A stretch of DNA of 63,086 nt, the filler included, from an uncultured Candidatus Sumerlaeota bacterium (GTDB lineage Bacteria > CAYMEV01), in the NCBI GenBank assembly GCA_964389675.1. It is 4 parts of 4 records of this genome, joined end to end, with 100 filler letters (N's around TTAATTAATTAA, not from the genome) between each part and the next. Parts side by side here need not be neighbours in the genome. Positions count along the whole stretch, not along the records: positions 59,719 to 63,086 come from CAYMEV010000053.1; 3 more parts are not named here. One strand, 5' to 3'. This document shows positions 59,819 through 63,086 of this stretch, piece by piece (the stretch's first letter is position 1; the number at the start of each line of letters is the position of its first letter). The notes below the pieces were generated by a model. It had not been told where the DNA came from. It saw nothing but the letters and a program-made list of their open reading frames with translations, and did no database searches. The translations under genes were made by a program, and so were the position numbers.

Positions 59819-62599
59819 ATGAAAAAAAGATTTTTGCTACTGTTCCTCTGTATTTTTCTTATTGGTTCAGCATCAGTATTTGCCCAGCTCAGAGGTTCAG
59901 TCGAGGGTTCGGTTACTGATGAGACCGGAGAACCTCTGCCTGGAGTAGTTGTAAAGGCAGAATCATCAACACTTATTCAGCCGAGATACTATACAACCGA
60001 TGAAAATGGCCTATACAGGCTGATAGAACTGCCTCCCGGGTCTGATTACCAGATAGAATTCAAAATGATGGGTTTTCAGACCATACTGAGAACAGGAATA
60101 ACAGTTCAGGTTAACAAAATTACAAGGGTTGATGTTCAGCTGAAGGAAGTTGCTTTCGAAGAACAGGTTATCATTACAGGTGCAGCTCCCGTACTGGATA
60201 CGACATCCTCAATATCCGGTATAAATGTTGACAGGGATTTCACAGAAAGGCTTCCCAGCTCGCACAGCTATCAGACAGCCCTTGAGATGCAGGGCGGCAG
60301 TACAGGTACTACCGGTAATCCCAGCGTAAGAGGCGGTGGAATGACAAGCAACCTTTATATGTTCGACGGTGTTGACCAGACAGATCCTCTGACAAGCACA
60401 TTCGGGTCCAACCTCAATGCAGATGTTGTTGCTGAGGTAGAGGTTATGACCGGGGGTCTGCCCGCTGAATTTGGAAGATCATCAGGTGGTGTAATCAATA
60501 CTGTTACAAAATCTGGAGGTAATGAATTCTCAGTATTCTTCAGGTTAAGGCTGGATGACCCGTCATGGCAGCTTGAAGACCGTGAAGGCAATAAACCTGA
60601 CTCTGACCTTGAATATCACCCAACACTTTCTGTAGGTGGCCCTATCATAAAGGACAAGCTCTGGTTCTTCCTTTCCTACTATTATAAGAAAGGCCCCTGG
60701 ATGCAGGGTGGCTACAATTACTACAGGTACAACTGGACCAATGGTGAAAGAGAGACCCTTCACTGGGATGATGAGGTTTTTACTCAGTACTTTTATGGCA
60801 AGCTGACATGGTCTATTACACCAGAGCACCAGGTATTTGTAACATACAACATGGACCCTATGGAATGGGATGATGACCCTTATCAGGCATCAGGCATGAC
60901 TATCTCAACAGATACTTTCTCTTACTGGGATCAGGGCGGAGAATCCTATGGACTTAACTATACCTGGATTGCAGGCACCAACCTTTTCTTTGAAGCAAAA
61001 CTGGGCATGGTCGAGGGGCGCCTTAACTACGGTCCAATGATGGCAGGCGATGACTATTACCGTGTTCGCCATTCAAACCCTGACTATACTGATATAGAAT
61101 GGGGAAGCTTCCCATTGGAATCACTGACGGATAGGAATAAGAACACTTATGACCTGTCTGCAAAATACTTTTTATCAGACATGTACGGAAACCACGAGTT
61201 TAAGACTGGTATTTCCTATCATAAGCTTGAGGCAATAATAGGTGATTTCTGGGTACTGAACCAGTATGATATACAGCTCAGCGAGGACTACACCGGTGAT
61301 GAATGGGGTGACTGGGATAATTCAATCTACTGGACATCTGACACAACACTTACCGAAACCTATGACCAGTCAAAAGCACCGAGCACAACTGACTATTATG
61401 CATTTTACATCCAGGATAAATGGAGACCTGATTTTATCGAAGGATTTACAGCAAATATAGGTGTCAGGTTTGAAAGCCAGAGCGGTGAAAATAATATGGG
61501 TACAGAGATATTTGATAACGGCTGGGGCGACATGATTGCACCGAGGCTCGGATTTGTATGGGATATCGGCAATACAGGCAAGCATAAAATAAATATGTTC
61601 TGGGGAAGGTTTTATACCGCCTGGACAACAATGCTTGTATATATATTTAACATAGATAATTCCTATGAGAGAAATTATACATGGAATCCCGATACCATGA
61701 GCTGGGATTTCGATTATCAGACAGAGCCTGGTGAAAACCTGACCCAGATCGATCCAGACCTGGAACCTGACTATACTGACGAATTTACCATTGGTTACGA
61801 AAGAGAGATCTCTGATAACTGGTCTGCAGGTATAAGCTATACCAAGAAGGAAAGCAGGGATTGCATGGATGCTTACAGGGTAATTATCGCTGAAGATGGT
61901 ACAATACTCTGGAATGGCCCGGGAAGTGAAGATAATGGCGTTAATGTAATAGATGCTGATCCTTCACAAAGCTATGATTATTATGCAAATATACCGGGTA
62001 ATAACAGGGATTACTGGGGTGTTGAGCTTTATACAAATGCAAAGATAAGCAATTTTACACTGCTGGGTTCCTATACTCTTTCTGAAGCAAAGGGTACTAC
62101 ATTTGACTCACCCGGTAGAAATGCATCAGGTGTCTGGTATGACAGCCCGTATTATGGGACCCCTGATCTTTCTGAAGACCTCTACGGCTATTCCATATAT
62201 CATGTCAAGCACTATGTTAAGCTTAATGCCACATATCAGTTCTCATGGGGGACAGTCCTAGGGCTTTCAGGAATATGGAGATCCGGATACCATTATTCAA
62301 AGCTTGATTTTGCACCTCTTTTAGGTTATCCCGCAAACAGGGACCCAAACGGCAGGTATCTGATCATTGGCGAGAGGGGAGAATATGAACTGCCCAGCTA
62401 CTATAATATTGACCTGTCAATCCAGCAGGACATAGATTTTGGCAAATATGGCATGATCACACTCATTGCTGATATATTCAATATTACCAATAATGAGGGC
62501 GTTTTAGGCCATGTTGAGGCAAATACTGCTAATTTCGGCGAGCCTAATTCATATGCAGCTCCGATGAGATGGAGCCTGTCACTGCTGTATAAATTCTAA
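59819..62599 (+). CDS. TonB-dependent receptor (Oar-like, N-terminal carboxypeptidase-regulatory-like domain)
   Basis: Signal peptide, GSVEGSVTD.TGEPLPGV, plug (DGVD.TDP, AEFGRSSGGVIN.VTKSG), APRLG, DIFNITN, terminal Phe. Confidence 0.9.
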   Translation: MKKRFLLLFLCIFLIGSASVFAQLRGSVEGSVTDETGEPLPGVVVKAESSTLIQPRYYTTDENGLYRLIELPPGSDYQIEFKMMGFQTILRTGITVQVNKITRVDVQLKEVAFEEQVIITGAAPVLDTTSSISGINVDRDFTERLPSSHSYQTALEMQGGSTGTTGNPSVRGGGMTSNLYMFDGVDQTDPLTSTFGSNLNADVVAEVEVMTGGLPAEFGRSSGGVINTVTKSGGNEFSVFFRLRLDDPSWQLEDREGNKPDSDLEYHPTLSVGGPIIKDKLWFFLSYYYKKGPWMQGGYNYYRYNWTNGERETLHWDDEVFTQYFYGKLTWSITPEHQVFVTYNMDPMEWDDDPYQASGMTISTDTFSYWDQGGESYGLNYTWIAGTNLFFEAKLGMVEGRLNYGPMMAGDDYYRVRHSNPDYTDIEWGSFPLESLTDRNKNTYDLSAKYFLSDMYGNHEFKTGISYHKLEAIIGDFWVLNQYDIQLSEDYTGDEWGDWDNSIYWTSDTTLTETYDQSKAPSTTDYYAFYIQDKWRPDFIEGFTANIGVRFESQSGENNMGTEIFDNGWGDMIAPRLGFVWDIGNTGKHKINMFWGRFYTAWTTMLVYIFNIDNSYERNYTWNPDTMSWDFDYQTEPGENLTQIDPDLEPDYTDEFTIGYEREISDNWSAGISYTKKESRDCMDAYRVIIAEDGTILWNGPGSEDNGVNVIDADPSQSYDYYANIPGNNRDYWGVELYTNAKISNFTLLGSYTLSEAKGTTFDSPGRNASGVWYDSPYYGTPDLSEDLYGYSIYHVKHYVKLNATYQFSWGTVLGLSGIWRSGYHYSKLDFAPLLGYPANRDPNGRYLIIGERGEYELPSYYNIDLSIQQDIDFGKYGMITLIADIFNITNNEGVLGHVEANTANFGEPNSYAAPMRWSLSLLYKF

Positions 62600-62615
62600 G
62601 CATCAAGATAAAGAT

Positions 62616-62650
62616 AAAAAGGGCTTCCCTTAATGGGGAGCCCTTTTTTT
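62616..62650. terminator. Intrinsic terminator (likely bidirectional)
   Basis: AAAAAGGGCTTCCC-TTAAT-GGGGAGCCCTTTTTTT. Confidence 0.88.
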
Positions 62651-63032
62651 ATATCAATAAGAATTTCAGTTATTCCTTTTTGAGAACATCAGGTACAGCA
62701 TTGACAATCCTCCGTAGAACAGTATCTTTAAGCCATACCTGTTGGTGATCAAATTCCTTAATTTGTTCAGTAAGGCCCCGGGCCTTAAATAAAAGGATGT
62801 ATATGCCTTCTTCTGCAGATAAAAAAAAATCTCTCGAATAAACGAATAATCGAATTAAAATAAAGTAACAGCAGAATAAATGATGAATCATTAGACAGCT
62901 TTAATGTCTAATAGCATATTTTTCCGCCAGCTTTTTTTGATCTTATTACCTAAAATACCCATTTCAGCCTGGCCTTATATTCATCAGTGATTATTCCTGA
63001 TGTGGATATGCACTCAAGCAAATAGAAATAAT

Positions 63033-63086
63033 TATACTGCCACCAATTATCTTGGACACAAAATTAGCTTAAATTTGAAAAAGAAG
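63033..63086 (+). mobile_element. Left end of another copy of the IS3 element
   Basis: Reverse complement of 42699-42751 with one indel; at the window end. Confidence 0.85.

Noticed and set aside
62670-62891. 73-aa minus-strand ORF before the terminal IS3 end
   Set aside because: No recognisable motif or clear RBS; possibly a decayed fragment.

Overview
Bacterial, probably diderm (a TonB-dependent receptor is present). The window is four contigs joined by artificial 100-nt N/TTAATTAATTAA linkers: 1-27216, 27317-34861, 34962-59618 and 59719-63086. Adjacency across the linkers is not established. Contig 1 is core genome: rsmA, ddl, manC, uppP, the rimP-nusA-infB-rbfA-truB operon, ispG, fabG/KS/CLF-like KS, dipeptide epimerase plus DUF1611, sigma-54-type comEA, PP2C, comM, CDF, ABC exporter, diguanylate cyclase and an M16 peptidase pair. 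Contig 2 carries a hybrid kinase, a TPR protein, two GT-C-like membrane proteins and a glycoside-hydrolase-like gene broken by one in-frame TAG. Contig 3 is an AT-rich defence island. It holds an IS-truncated AbiA-like reverse transcriptase, orphan peptidase and nuclease genes, a Dam-HerA-NurA operon, an ABC-ATPase(DUF3696)+RelE-like pair and several IS remnants. Its most notable part is a 6.5-kb module bracketed by two inverted copies of one IS3 element: C protein, two paralogous PD-(D/E)XK nucleases and a UvrD/Fe-S-nuclease fusion, convergent with an internally duplicated (inactive half + active half) amino-methyltransferase. This module is my best candidate for an undescribed restriction-type system. 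Contig 4 is a TonB-dependent receptor directly behind an IS end with an outward-facing promoter. No rRNA, tRNA or CRISPR array was seen. All family calls come from motifs read by eye, not from database searches.
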